From Eledone cirrhosa (taxonomy: Eukaryota): 64,000 nucleotides of DNA. The notes beneath the pieces were generated by a model, which saw only the letters and a program-made list of their open reading frames with translations, was not told the origin of the DNA and ran no database searches. The translations under genes and the position numbers were made by a program. This document shows positions 63,912 to 64,000 of the stretch, one piece after another. The stretch is from positions 353,896,001 to 353,960,000 of the forward strand of contig OZ024742.1 in assembly GCA_964016885.1 (NCBI GenBank), in the 5' to 3' direction. Each line of letters begins with the position of its first letter. Position 1 is the stretch's first letter.

Positions 63912-64000
63912 GTAAGTTATCGCCGTATTTTGACTAAAGAAATTAAAGATATTATTTAGACTGATAGTGGGGTTAAGAACCCTCGGATAAATTGTAAAAG

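Overview
AT-rich eukaryotic, repeat-saturated DNA with no host gene I can support. The tRNA-derived SINE family and the (TA)n/(CA)n load suggest an octopod cephalopod, which is an inference. Most ORFs in the track are microsatellite read-through. The real coding content is decayed transposons: about nine Penelope-like element (PLE; RT plus GIY-YIG) copies from at least three lineages, one internally deleted mariner, a CRE-like LINE 3' fragment and nine SINE copies. The main signal is at RNA level. By eye I can fold roughly 30 type I hammerhead ribozyme (HHR) motifs from more than a dozen unrelated sequence families. They sit in PLE pseudo-LTRs (pLTRs) and in ORF-less fold-back elements inserted in (TA)n. 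They include U3-A8 core variants, a family with a fixed U4A core, and an HHR with a 116-nt stem II. One is carried by a circularly permuted 550-nt tandem/inverted repeat that resembles a reverse-transcribed circular RNA (retrozyme-like). All structures were folded manually and no catalytic activity is shown. Element boundaries are approximate to about 10-20 bp.
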